DNA of 64,000 nucleotides, from IMG/VR virus record IMGVR_UViG_3300020731_000012, positions 1-64,000 of that record, one strand, 5' to 3'. Source of the stretch: a virus. Every line of letters begins with the position of its first letter. Position 1 is the first letter of the stretch. A program made the position numbers and the translations under genes. The notes under the pieces are model-generated. The model was not told the DNA's origin and ran no database searches. It worked only from the letters and a program-made list of their open reading frames with translations. Positions 56,701 through 64,000 of the stretch are shown here, one piece after another.

Positions 56701-57085
56701 AGGAACTGGTTTAGTTGCTTACGGTCAATACACTCGTCAGCTAACAGCTAGCAGTTTAGATCGTATCAACGTGGCACGTTTAGTAGTGTATCTACGTCGT
56801 CAGCTAGATTTATTGGCTAAACCATACATCTTTGAACCAAACGATACAATTACACGTAACCAAATTAAACAGGCAGCAGAACAGCTATTGCTAGAACTAG
56901 TAGGTCAACGTGCTATCTATGACTTCTTAGTAGTTTGTGATACAAGTAACAACACACCTGCAAGAATAGATCGCAGTGAGCTATACCTAGATATTGCGAT
57001 TGAACCAGTTAAGGCAGTGGAATTCATTTACATTCCATTGCGTTTGAAAAATACTGGAGCAATTAAAGGCCTAGGCGGCGTATAA
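53759..57085 (+). CDS. g18: Tail sheath protein (T4 gp18-like), enlarged
   Basis: MAQLSSPGVSVTVIDES; YYPW; VPPS; PWFAPAGTRRG; NPV; LDRINVARL; FEPND..TR; IEPVKAVEFIYI. Confidence 0.95.
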   Translation: MAQLSSPGVSVTVIDESFYTPAAAGTVPLFIVASAQNKQNGAGTGTAPGTLKANAGTVYLLTSQKDLSDTFGVPTFYTDSSNNPIHAGEQNEYGLEAAYSFLGVSNRAYVVRADIDLAGLTASATAPTSPPADGTYWLDTTDTKWGVFQWNQNAATTTGGQQFGVQNVTVITDSTLVSGGTPLASYGTIGQYVIVATTTLLKLWFKKPLTSTPAGTWVEVGTSSWAASWPTATGTVASPTLLSGDSIVINGTSITGVTNLAGLNTAINSNSTLTSAGITSAVINNYLVLYSNGTNTNNPTYPGAITISGTTVAKVGLNQGSNLSATSWIYLAPQLQISAHTSVPLFKITDVTASVNGAPTGSLWLKTTTANLGADFIVQKYNAAATAFQAQTVGVYQNGSSANYYLDPTGGGINLPIGTVYAKYNDGEAASSLTNFKLYIRTGVGYTTLVSNIIGTSTFTSGTNTFTLSESYVGQAAMGTPLTVSFTAAGTSADAQALLTAINAAGFTNVQASLNTNNSITIIHNDGGEMRFVDGTNLPISKLFAVGTTANFFSNPAGTANAYVASLWSPTISGASFYTASASAPTAIPANGTYWYDSAVTDVDIMVNNGTSWVGYLNYTQNQAGGSTTDPNGPIVSASQPTTQSGGTALANGDIWISTANLDDFPTIYKYNYLTKQWVLIDNTDHTSENGIIFADARWGTSGATSGTAGSIVALLTSNFVDPDCPSPALYPKGTLLWNLRRSSYNVKKYVSGYINTTLRNTIYNNEVMTSYFADRWVSQAPNDYQGEGQFGRHAQRAVVLSALEALANSNQQIRDTESRVFNLMACPGYPEMIQPLVNLNYDRGLTTFVVGDTPARLTPDATTLSNWGNNVNLAPDNGDVGLVTTDPYLGVYYPWGYTTDLLGNNIVVPPSHMMLRTIALSDNVSYPWFAPAGTRRGGVTNASSTGYVDTATGEFTAVALNTGQRDTLAGVHVNPVTYLTGTGLVAYGQYTRQLTASSLDRINVARLVVYLRRQLDLLAKPYIFEPNDTITRNQIKQAAEQLLLELVGQRAIYDFLVVCDTSNNTPARIDRSELYLDIAIEPVKAVEFIYIPLRLKNTGAIKGLGGV

Positions 57086-57100
57086 TTAGGAGAATATTAA

Positions 57101-57751
57101 ATGTCAATCGCAAGTTTATCAAGATTTACAGTACCACTAGCTAGCAATCAAAGCTCTGCAACGCAGGGCTTGTTGATGCCAAAACTAAGCTATCGTTTTA
57201 GAATTAGCTTTGAAAACTTTGGTGTTAGCGGTCAAACTGTTGAATTAACCAAGCAAGTATCAGAAGCCGCTCGTCCAAACGTACAGTTTGAAGACAAGAC
57301 TATTGAAGTTTACAACAGTAAAATTCACTATGCTGGCAAACCAACATGGCAGAAACTAACTGTCAAACTACGTGATGACGTTACCAACGCTGTTACTAAG
57401 TTAGTTGGCGAACAGAATCAGAAACAATTCGACTTCTTTGAACAAAGCAGTGCGGCTTCAGGCGGCGACTACAAGTTCTTGATGCGTATCGAAATGTTAG
57501 ACGGCGGTAACGGTGCTGAAGGTGTTAATGTACTAGAAGAGTGGGAACTATATGGTTGCTATCTAGCCGACACCAACTACGAAGCGTTAAAATATGCAGG
57601 TGCAGATGTACAAATGATTACCCTAGGTATTCAATATGACAACGCACAGCAGATTATTCCAGCTGGCGGAATGGGCGCACAAGGATTTACACAAACACGT
57701 GGCACTATGGCAACTGGTGCTGGCGGTACACAAACCAACGGTGGTGGTTAA
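57101..57751 (+). CDS. g19: Tail tube protein (T4 gp19-like)
   Basis: Follows the sheath gene; RFRISF, RP.V.F, YAGKPTW..LTV.LRDD, W.LYGC, LGIQYD. Confidence 0.85.
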   Translation: MSIASLSRFTVPLASNQSSATQGLLMPKLSYRFRISFENFGVSGQTVELTKQVSEAARPNVQFEDKTIEVYNSKIHYAGKPTWQKLTVKLRDDVTNAVTKLVGEQNQKQFDFFEQSSAASGGDYKFLMRIEMLDGGNGAEGVNVLEEWELYGCYLADTNYEALKYAGADVQMITLGIQYDNAQQIIPAGGMGAQGFTQTRGTMATGAGGTQTNGGG

Positions 57752-57752
57752 T

Positions 57753-57777
57753 AAAAACCCGCTTAGGCGGGTTTTTT
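57753..57777 (+). terminator. Rho-independent terminator after tail tube
   Basis: AAAAACCCGC-TTAG-GCGGGTTTTTT. Confidence 0.92.
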
Positions 57778-57814
57778 ATTAGGTTGCCATTAACTGACCA
57801 GTTAATTCATTCGA

Positions 57815-57820
57815 TAAATA
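57815..57820 (+). promoter_or_regulatory. Late promoter TAAATA (leaderless-type)
   Basis: TAAATA-CTGT-ATG, no SD. Confidence 0.72.
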
Positions 57821-57824
57821 CTGT

Positions 57825-58826
57825 ATGGCATTCACACTTAACAGTCAATTAAATAATAGCACTAATGTTCTGTTGCGAGACCAACAACATGCGGCTCGTC
57901 TATTTGTAGACGATCAGTTTCGTCTCGCTCCTAAATTTAATTTTTTATTCCATGTAGCTTTTGGTATTAACACAGGCACAGTTAAAACACTAGATCTAGT
58001 ACAACGTTATGGTAACGAAATAGGCATGTTAGTAAAAAGTGTTGCCTTGCCAAAATTTACTGTTACTGTTGATCAAGTTAATCAATATAACCGTAAAAAA
58101 CAAATACAAACATTTCACAAGTACGAAGATATTACAATTAAACTTCATGACGACAACATGAGTTTGATCAACAACTTGTGGCAAAATTATTACAGTTACT
58201 ATTTTGCAGACAGCACTAGTGCGACATCTCCGGGTGCTTACAATAGAAATGCTACTAGAAGCTATGATTATATTAATAATCCATACGGTCTAGACAACGG
58301 CAGTACTCAACCATTCTTTAGCTATATAAAAATCTATCAAATGGCCCGACACGAATATGTCAGCTATACTCTTTATAATCCTATAATCAAGTCGTGGGAT
58401 CATTCACTGGTAGACTATGCTAGCAAAGACACTCACGATTTTCAAATGACTGTCAGCTATGAAGCTGTCAGCTATGACTTTGGTAATGTAACACAAGGAG
58501 ATCCAATTGGTTTTGGTCAAGAGCATTATGATCAGACTCTAAGCCCTCTGCAAGGACAGAAAGATCCGGTTAAAGTAACACCGTCTCTTGTCAATAACAC
58601 TAACCTTACTAATAACGCCAGTTCGTTTTTGTCTAATCTAGTGACAACAAACAATGCTTATCAAAATACACAACAGACTGCTACAGCAGTTACTCCAGGA
58701 TTATTAACACCGTCAGTTAGTCCAGGAGCTGGCGGCATACAAAATACTATATTTCCAGCGGCCGCAAATGCCGCTAATAGTGTCAACAATGCTCAATCAT
58801 TAATATTAGGAGGTGGAGGTGGCTAG
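57825..58826 (+). CDS. Tail-tube-fold baseplate / tube initiator protein (gp48/gp54-like)
   Basis: FLFHVAF, VKSVALPKF, YEDITIKLHDD, LYNPIIKSW, MTVSYE resemble tube-family proteins; follows the tube gene. Confidence 0.6.
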   Translation: MAFTLNSQLNNSTNVLLRDQQHAARLFVDDQFRLAPKFNFLFHVAFGINTGTVKTLDLVQRYGNEIGMLVKSVALPKFTVTVDQVNQYNRKKQIQTFHKYEDITIKLHDDNMSLINNLWQNYYSYYFADSTSATSPGAYNRNATRSYDYINNPYGLDNGSTQPFFSYIKIYQMARHEYVSYTLYNPIIKSWDHSLVDYASKDTHDFQMTVSYEAVSYDFGNVTQGDPIGFGQEHYDQTLSPLQGQKDPVKVTPSLVNNTNLTNNASSFLSNLVTTNNAYQNTQQTATAVTPGLLTPSVSPGAGGIQNTIFPAAANAANSVNNAQSLILGGGGG

Positions 58827-59184
58827 TAATTTACCGGGAGGAGCTCCATCATCTCCTCCAGATACTAAACAATTTTTTGATAAATTTTTTGTCAATCAGC
58901 TGAGCTTCCCCGCAGGTGAAATTGATGCCACTATAGCATTTTTTGTCAAACGTGGTTTTGACATTGAAAGTGCTCGTAGTACTGCTATAGTATTACTAAA
59001 TCAAGCTCGCATTGACAATGTTAATGTGTTTCAACTGCTTGACACCATGAAGTCATTAACTGATGTACAGCTTAGTCAAGTGGTCGCTCAAGTACTTAAT
59101 GCCTATAGAGAAAAGACAAGCCTATTAGGATATCGTGTAGCACCTGTAATTAATCTCTACGAATCACGTAACATTTTGGTGTAA
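58819..59184 (+). CDS. Hypothetical protein
   Basis: GTG 58819 lies 5 nt after AGGAGG; helical 121-aa product. Confidence 0.68.
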   Translation: MASNLPGGAPSSPPDTKQFFDKFFVNQLSFPAGEIDATIAFFVKRGFDIESARSTAIVLLNQARIDNVNVFQLLDTMKSLTDVQLSQVVAQVLNAYREKTSLLGYRVAPVINLYESRNILV

Positions 59185-59185
59185 T

Positions 59186-59614
59186 ATGGCTAAATTTGCC
59201 CAAGGTAAATTTAATATGAAACACCCAGAAAAGTATGTAGGTACTAAGATTCCCACGTACAGATCATCATGGGAATGGAGTTTCATGAATTTTTGCGACA
59301 CCAACGTAAATGTAGCCAGTTGGGCTAGCGAAGCTGTACAAATACCCTACAGAGATCCACTCACCGGCAAGCAAACAGTCTATGTGCCAGATTTCTTTAT
59401 ACAGTATAGAGATAAATTTGGACAGGTACTAACTGAACTAATAGAAATTAAACCAGCTAGTCAAACTATTCTAGAACGTGTAGGCAAAAACAAATACAAT
59501 CAAGCACAGTACATAAAAAATCAAGCCAAGTGGGCTGCCGCTAATCTTTGGTGCAGACAGCAGGGTTTGAAATTCCGTGTAGTCAACGAAAATGATTTAT
59601 TCAGCCAAACCTAG
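59186..59614 (+). CDS. g4: Head completion nuclease (T4 gp4-like, TnsA-like fold)
   Basis: PEKYVG...YRSSWE..FM.FCD, WASE...IPY, YVPDF, IEIKP, NQAKWAAA..WC. Confidence 0.9.
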   Translation: MAKFAQGKFNMKHPEKYVGTKIPTYRSSWEWSFMNFCDTNVNVASWASEAVQIPYRDPLTGKQTVYVPDFFIQYRDKFGQVLTELIEIKPASQTILERVGKNKYNQAQYIKNQAKWAAANLWCRQQGLKFRVVNENDLFSQT

Positions 59615-59617
59615 GCA

Positions 59618-59623
59618 TAAGTA
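59618..59623 (+). promoter_or_regulatory. Late promoter variant TAAGTA (leaderless-type)
   Basis: TAAGTA-ATAGT-ATG, no SD. Confidence 0.5.
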
Positions 59624-59628
59624 ATAGT

Positions 59629-60114
59629 ATGACTAAAAAACTTGAAGAACTTTTAAACTTACCTGAAAGCAAGAAAATTGTCAAACAGGATGATAAAAAA
59701 CGAGCAGAGGCCCTGCCGGCCGCACAACCGTTATTGCGCGACATTAGCGAATTTGACAAAATTGCTGCCGCACTACCCGCTGTAAAAGGACTGGGAGATA
59801 TGGCAGATAGCGAGCTAGATGATCTAGCTAAACGTGCTACAGAAGCCTATGAAGACATCATGGATCTAGGTATGAATGTTGAAGCACGATACAGCGGACG
59901 TCTATTTGAAGTAGCCGCTAGTATGCTGGGCAATGCCATTCAAGCTAAGACTGCTAAACTAGATAAAAAGTTAAAAATGATTGATTTACAGTTGAAAAAG
60001 CAGAAATTAGACCAAGAAGCTAACTCAGCAGATGAGGGAGTTACACTACAAGGCGATGGAGTTATTATTACTGATCGCAATAGTTTGTTAGAAAAATTAA
60101 AGAACTTGAAATAA
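59629..60114 (+). CDS. Putative terminase small subunit (gp16-like)
   Basis: Helical 161-aa protein with R.FEVA..ML and C-terminal DRN.LL; near the large terminase gene. Confidence 0.55.
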   Translation: MTKKLEELLNLPESKKIVKQDDKKRAEALPAAQPLLRDISEFDKIAAALPAVKGLGDMADSELDDLAKRATEAYEDIMDLGMNVEARYSGRLFEVAASMLGNAIQAKTAKLDKKLKMIDLQLKKQKLDQEANSADEGVTLQGDGVIITDRNSLLEKLKNLK

Positions 60115-60117
60115 ATA
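60112..60117 (+). promoter_or_regulatory. Late promoter TAAATA
   Basis: Overlaps the upstream stop; SD AGGA before ATG 60136. Confidence 0.65.
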
Positions 60118-60135
60118 CTACATCAGGAATTGACT

Positions 60136-60798
60136 ATGAAATCGTACAAAGAATATTTAATGGAAAGCCAGAAAGTATACACTTTCAAGGTAAAAATTGC
60201 GGGCACTTGCCCTAAAGATTGTAAAAAAGTTATCGAATCAGGACTAGCACAGTTTGATGTAAGTTCAGTAAGTTCAGGTAAAACAACTCCAATCACAGTT
60301 AACCAACATGAATTTCCAGAGCACAAAAATATTGAAGTGACAATTTTTGATGTTACAACAAAATATCCAGCAACTAGTAAACAAGTACAAGATAAACTTT
60401 CACATGTCATTGGCAAACCATTAAATGAAATCCGTGTACGCAACGAATGGGAAGAGCGTGAAATTGAAATTAATCACGAGTATGATGAAGTTACAGGTAA
60501 AGCTCTTGTTGGTACACCTTATGAACCTAGCGATAATCAAGACAAAGTTGGTGTAAAACATGCCATGACTTTCCTGAAAGAATTAGAAAAGAATAAACTA
60601 CAATTAGAAAAAATTGAAGGTATTAATGATCAACTATTTCCTGCTACTGTAAGAGAAACTGAACAAGCAGAACAAAGCCGAACTGCTGACAAGTCAGGTA
60701 TGACTAGCCCAGTCGGCACTAATAAAACTAAACTAAATGCATGGTCAGCTAGTAGACATAATAGTCTAGAAGTTCCGGCCAAGGCAAAAGGAAAATAA
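60136..60798 (+). CDS. Hypothetical head-associated protein
   Basis: MKSYKEYLMES N-terminus resembles the capsid-targeting/gp21-cleaved leaders of T4-like internal proteins. Confidence 0.62.
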   Translation: MKSYKEYLMESQKVYTFKVKIAGTCPKDCKKVIESGLAQFDVSSVSSGKTTPITVNQHEFPEHKNIEVTIFDVTTKYPATSKQVQDKLSHVIGKPLNEIRVRNEWEEREIEINHEYDEVTGKALVGTPYEPSDNQDKVGVKHAMTFLKELEKNKLQLEKIEGINDQLFPATVRETEQAEQSRTADKSGMTSPVGTNKTKLNAWSASRHNSLEVPAKAKGK

Positions 60799-60799
60799 T

Positions 60800-61723
60800 A
60801 TGAACTTTAGAGATCTTGCAGAACGCTTACGTAGCATCGAAGAAAGTCCAGCACAATTACAAATTGACGGTACACCGCCTGTAGAAGAGTGCGGCGAGAT
60901 GCCTATGCCAACAGCTATGATACAACATGCTCCATCACAACAGGACAATGTATCAATGAGCGTTAACATGAATGGTCAAGGAGCCGGCGGCATCAAAGAC
61001 CTAATGGACATTTTACGCAATATTGAAAAAGGTGCAGAACATGGTACAGCACCAATGACAAGCCCAGCGCACACTGCTGAACCAGAAATTAAAGTGTTAG
61101 ATGATTTATTATCAGCTGATCCAGAAACCAGTATCGCTGGTGGTGCAGGTGACGAGACAGTTGCAGGCGAAGGTAGCGAGCAAACTGTAATTGGTCATGA
61201 TGTTGACGATGACAAAGAACATGATATACAAAACCGTCCACATCGTGTAACCTATAACGTTGATACAATTACACGTCACGGCGATGATCTATTAAGCAAG
61301 GGCGATGTTAAACGTCTAAAAGTTAATGGCGGTGAAAATCCATTACAAGAAGGCCTAGTTGAAAGACTACAAAGTCTATATGATTCAATTAAAGAAGCAG
61401 AAGGCGACAAGCGAACAATGAGTCGTGCCGCTAAAGGCGTTATGAAGTACGGTAAGGACGGAATGAAAGCTCTAGCCAAAGCTGGTAAAGAAGGCAAAGA
61501 TTTAGACAAAGTCCGTGACAAATATAACAAGTACGATGAAGCCTATAATCCCAACTCGGCAAGCGCAGAACATCGTCGTAAAATGGACAAACATACTCAC
61601 GATACATTAAAAGCTGCCGCTGAAAAAGAAGGCGCAACTGATGCTGATAAAGCACGTTACAAACGTTACCAAGATCGTAAAGAAGCTATGAGAGATGAAT
61701 ACAACGCTCGTATGGAAAGATAA
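60800..61723 (+). CDS. Hypothetical acidic/charged protein (possible prohead core/internal protein)
   Basis: Low-complexity charged 307 aa with several (I/L/V)-x-E sites. Confidence 0.65.
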   Translation: MNFRDLAERLRSIEESPAQLQIDGTPPVEECGEMPMPTAMIQHAPSQQDNVSMSVNMNGQGAGGIKDLMDILRNIEKGAEHGTAPMTSPAHTAEPEIKVLDDLLSADPETSIAGGAGDETVAGEGSEQTVIGHDVDDDKEHDIQNRPHRVTYNVDTITRHGDDLLSKGDVKRLKVNGGENPLQEGLVERLQSLYDSIKEAEGDKRTMSRAAKGVMKYGKDGMKALAKAGKEGKDLDKVRDKYNKYDEAYNPNSASAEHRRKMDKHTHDTLKAAAEKEGATDADKARYKRYQDRKEAMRDEYNARMER

Positions 61724-61757
61724 GATTCGTCGCAGTTAGCACCCTGTCCAAGGTGCC

Positions 61758-61785
61758 AAATAGACCCTTCGGGGTCTATTTTTTT
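61758..61785 (+). terminator. Rho-independent terminator
   Basis: AAATAGACCC-TTCG-GGGTCTATTTTTTT. Confidence 0.92.
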
Positions 61786-61788
61786 ATG

Positions 61789-61794
61789 TAAATA
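61789..61794 (+). promoter_or_regulatory. Late promoter TAAATA (leaderless-type) for terminase
   Basis: TAAATA-ATGTT-ATG immediately after the terminator; no SD. Confidence 0.72.
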
Positions 61795-61799
61795 ATGTT

Positions 61800-63401
61800 A
61801 TGGCAAAATCATTAGACGGCGTCTTAACCAAAAAGGCGCATAGCAAAGAAAAATTTACTGAGCAACAAGTACAGGACTTGCTGTTGTGCTCTGATCCCAC
61901 CAATGGATACATACACTTTGCTAAAAACTTCTTTCACATCCAACATCCGGTTAGGGGCAAGGTATTATTTGAACCTTATGATTATCAAATAAGACTTCTA
62001 CACAGTTATCACGATTATCGATTCAATATTAATATGCTACCACGTCAAAGTGGTAAGACAACTTGTGCAAGTGCGTACTTATTATGGTATGCCATGTTCC
62101 ACCCAGATCAAACTATTCTAGTGGCCGCACACAAATACACAGGCGCACAGGAAATTATGCAACGTATACGCTATGGATACGAACTATGTCCTGATTTTTC
62201 ACGAGCAGGTGTTGTAAGTTATAACAAAGGGAGTATAGATTTTGATAACGGATCAAGAATTGTATCAGCTACTACTACCGGTAATACTGGTCGTGGTATG
62301 TCAATATCCTTATTATACTGTGACGAGTTTGCGTTCGTTCAACCTAATATTGCAACAGAGTTTTGGACCTCGATCAGCCCAACACTAGCAACTGGTGGTC
62401 GAGCAATTATTACATCAACTCCTAACAGTGACGAAGATGAATTTGCTATTATTTGGAAAGAATCACAAGACCTGTTCGACGAACATGGCAACACTAAAGA
62501 CGATGGATTAGGTCGCAATGGATTCCACGGATTCCGTGCAGAATGGAATGAACACCCAGACCGAGATGACGAATGGCGTAAAGTTGAGATGGGCCGCATC
62601 GGTGAAGAGCGTTTCCGTCGTGAGTATGGTTGCGAGTTCTTGGTCTATGACGAAACTCTTATTAGTTCATTGAAACTAGCAGAACTAGTGGGCAGAGAAC
62701 CACTGTTTAAGATGGGTCAAGTGCGTTGGTATAAGAAACCTACGCCCGGACATCTGTATGTTGCGGCCTTAGATCCTAGTCTAGGAACCGGGGGAGACTT
62801 TGGCGCTATTGAAGTATTTGAATTGCCTAATTTTGAACAGGTAGCAGAATGGCAGCATAATATTACGCCTATACAAGGGCAAGTTAAAATATTCCGTGAT
62901 GTGTTAAAATATATCTCAGACGAGCTAGGCGGTGAAACTTATGATCAAATCTACTGGTCAGTAGAAAACAATACTGTAGGCGAAAGTGCTCTAGTAGTTA
63001 TTAATAATCTGGGTGAAGAAACTTTCCCTGGATTGTTTTTAAGTGAACCTGCCCGCAAAGGACATGTTCGTAAATTCCGTAAAGGTTTTAACACTACATT
63101 TGGTAATAAAATATCAGCCTGTGCTAAGATCAAGTTTTTAATCGAAGAAGAAAAGTTGAAAATACACAGTCGTCCGCTATTAAGCGAGTTAAAAACCTAT
63201 ATTGCGGCTGGTACAACATTTAAGGCCAAAGTAGGACAGCACGATGACCTAGTTTCGTCCCTATTATTAATAGTACGCATGAGTGTAGTGCTGGCAGAAT
63301 GGGATCCTAAAGTATTTGAGAACCTAAAAGTGACCAGCGACTGGGAAAATAACGAAGAACTAGAGCTACCACTGCCTATATACATCTCTACGGGCATGTG
63401 A
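61800..63401 (+). CDS. g17: Terminase large subunit (T4 gp17-like)
   Basis: Walker A PRQSGKTT, Walker B LLYCDEFAF, ITSTPN, FRREYGCEF, nuclease ALDPSLG..GD and HDDLV. Confidence 0.96.
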   Translation: MAKSLDGVLTKKAHSKEKFTEQQVQDLLLCSDPTNGYIHFAKNFFHIQHPVRGKVLFEPYDYQIRLLHSYHDYRFNINMLPRQSGKTTCASAYLLWYAMFHPDQTILVAAHKYTGAQEIMQRIRYGYELCPDFSRAGVVSYNKGSIDFDNGSRIVSATTTGNTGRGMSISLLYCDEFAFVQPNIATEFWTSISPTLATGGRAIITSTPNSDEDEFAIIWKESQDLFDEHGNTKDDGLGRNGFHGFRAEWNEHPDRDDEWRKVEMGRIGEERFRREYGCEFLVYDETLISSLKLAELVGREPLFKMGQVRWYKKPTPGHLYVAALDPSLGTGGDFGAIEVFELPNFEQVAEWQHNITPIQGQVKIFRDVLKYISDELGGETYDQIYWSVENNTVGESALVVINNLGEETFPGLFLSEPARKGHVRKFRKGFNTTFGNKISACAKIKFLIEEEKLKIHSRPLLSELKTYIAAGTTFKAKVGQHDDLVSSLLLIVRMSVVLAEWDPKVFENLKVTSDWENNEELELPLPIYISTGM

Positions 63402-63407
63402 TAAATA
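63402..63407 (+). promoter_or_regulatory. Late promoter TAAATA (leaderless-type)
   Basis: TAAATA-TAAG-ATG. Confidence 0.68.
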
Positions 63408-63411
63408 TAAG

Positions 63412-64000
63412 ATGAAATCAAACTTAAATAAAATTGCCAAGGAGCTGTATGGAAAGATACAGACTCGCTTTTCTGACATTAAAATCGGTGATGAACACGC
63501 TGAAGTTTTAAGCAAAAAAGAAGATATTCCCAAGGCCCGTTTTTTTGAGTTTGAATACAAAGATAATGGTCGTAGTTTAGGCACTATTGCAATTACACTA
63601 GATGAAGATGACGGAGTTGTTGTACAAATCAGCGGAAACCTAGCTGATCGTAAACATCCAGGCGCTTATAAATTTATTCGTAGTTTTAGACAATTTGCCA
63701 AAGATCGTTTATTAAATTTTGATGTGCAGAATATTGGAAAAAATAATCTAGACAAACGCGATTATACTTTTCAAGCAAAAGCTAAGGAAGAAACACCGAT
63801 GGAACCAATTATGGAAAATAGGCTGTATGGAACAGCAAGAATGAGTTATCAAGATCTAGGAGAAGCTACACTAATCATCAAACATAGCCAACCAGTAAAT
63901 CCAGATCTTGCCGCTGGACGTACAATGCACATTGAAAGCATTTATGTAGAAAACAGTCAAGGTGAACGTTTCAAATATCCATTCAAACATTTAAGTGGTG
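63412..64000 (+). CDS. Hypothetical protein, 3'-truncated by window edge
   Basis: Open frame MKSNLNKIAKELYGKIQTRF...GERFKYPFKHLSG runs off the window; absent from the ORF track because it has no stop. Confidence 0.75.
   Translation, partial: MKSNLNKIAKELYGKIQTRFSDIKIGDEHAEVLSKKEDIPKARFFEFEYKDNGRSLGTIAITLDEDDGVVVQISGNLADRKHPGAYKFIRSFRQFAKDRLLNFDVQNIGKNNLDKRDYTFQAKAKEETPMEPIMENRLYGTARMSYQDLGEATLIIKHSQPVNPDLAAGRTMHIESIYVENSQGERFKYPFKHLSG

Noticed and set aside
2957-60135. ORF-track upstream starts (2957, 9265, 35468, 41773, 44946, 51843, 51865, 53672, 58813, 60130)
   Set aside because: These extend into terminators, promoters or other genes. Downstream starts with an SD, stop-start overlap or promoter spacing fit better.
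61800-63401. Intein or intron in terminase (also checked capsid and sheath)
   Set aside because: ATPase and nuclease motifs are contiguous at normal spacing; no intein C1/HN motifs or LAGLIDADG domain.
1448-63584. Numerous 60-130 aa ORFs antisense or out-of-frame within long genes (e.g. 4077-4268, 9474-9800, 29728-30120, 54328-54612)
   Set aside because: Shadow ORFs: Val/Pro/Ala-rich mirror translations of Thr/Gly-rich genes, with no SD, promoter or recognisable motifs.
1-64000. Stop-codon reassignment as in some large phages
   Set aside because: Core genes are full-length in the standard code, and TAA, TGA and TAG all act as stops at gene junctions.
1-64000. tRNA genes or CRISPR array
   Set aside because: Intergenic gaps are short; no cloverleaf with T-loop GTTC and no regularly spaced direct repeats were seen.

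Overview
The window is part of the genome of a large T4-like (contractile-tailed) dsDNA bacteriophage, read in the standard genetic code and almost fully coding. The host is probably Gram-negative, because the phage encodes an outer-membrane beta-barrel. Layout: (i) head module with gp21 protease (5'-truncated), gp22 scaffold and gp23 capsid; (ii) about 31 kb of Thr/Ser/Gly-rich virion fibre/appendage genes, including two giant paralogues (2722 and 4184 aa) built from shuffled repeat modules; (iii) an accessory island of about 14 kb (34.6-48.4 kb) with nine 2OG-Fe(II) oxygenase-like genes, two flavin-dependent tryptophan-halogenase-like genes, a U32-family/methyltransferase fusion, a DUF401-like inner-membrane protein and a porin-like protein; (iv) Nudix hydrolase, inverted gp15/gp14-like neck genes, gp13, dNMP kinase, an HNH-like gene, tail sheath, tail tube, tube initiator, gp4 and the terminase genes. 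A TAAATA late-promoter motif recurs before about 16 genes. In about 9 of these it lies only 4-6 nt from the ATG with no Shine-Dalgarno, which implies leaderless late mRNAs. The most notable candidate system is the late-promoter-driven oxygenase/halogenase/U32/transporter island attached to the end of the fibre operon, possibly a virion-tailoring pathway. Two multi-hairpin 5' leaders and in-frame module insertions in virion proteins are also noteworthy. All product calls come from motif recognition by eye; no database search was run.
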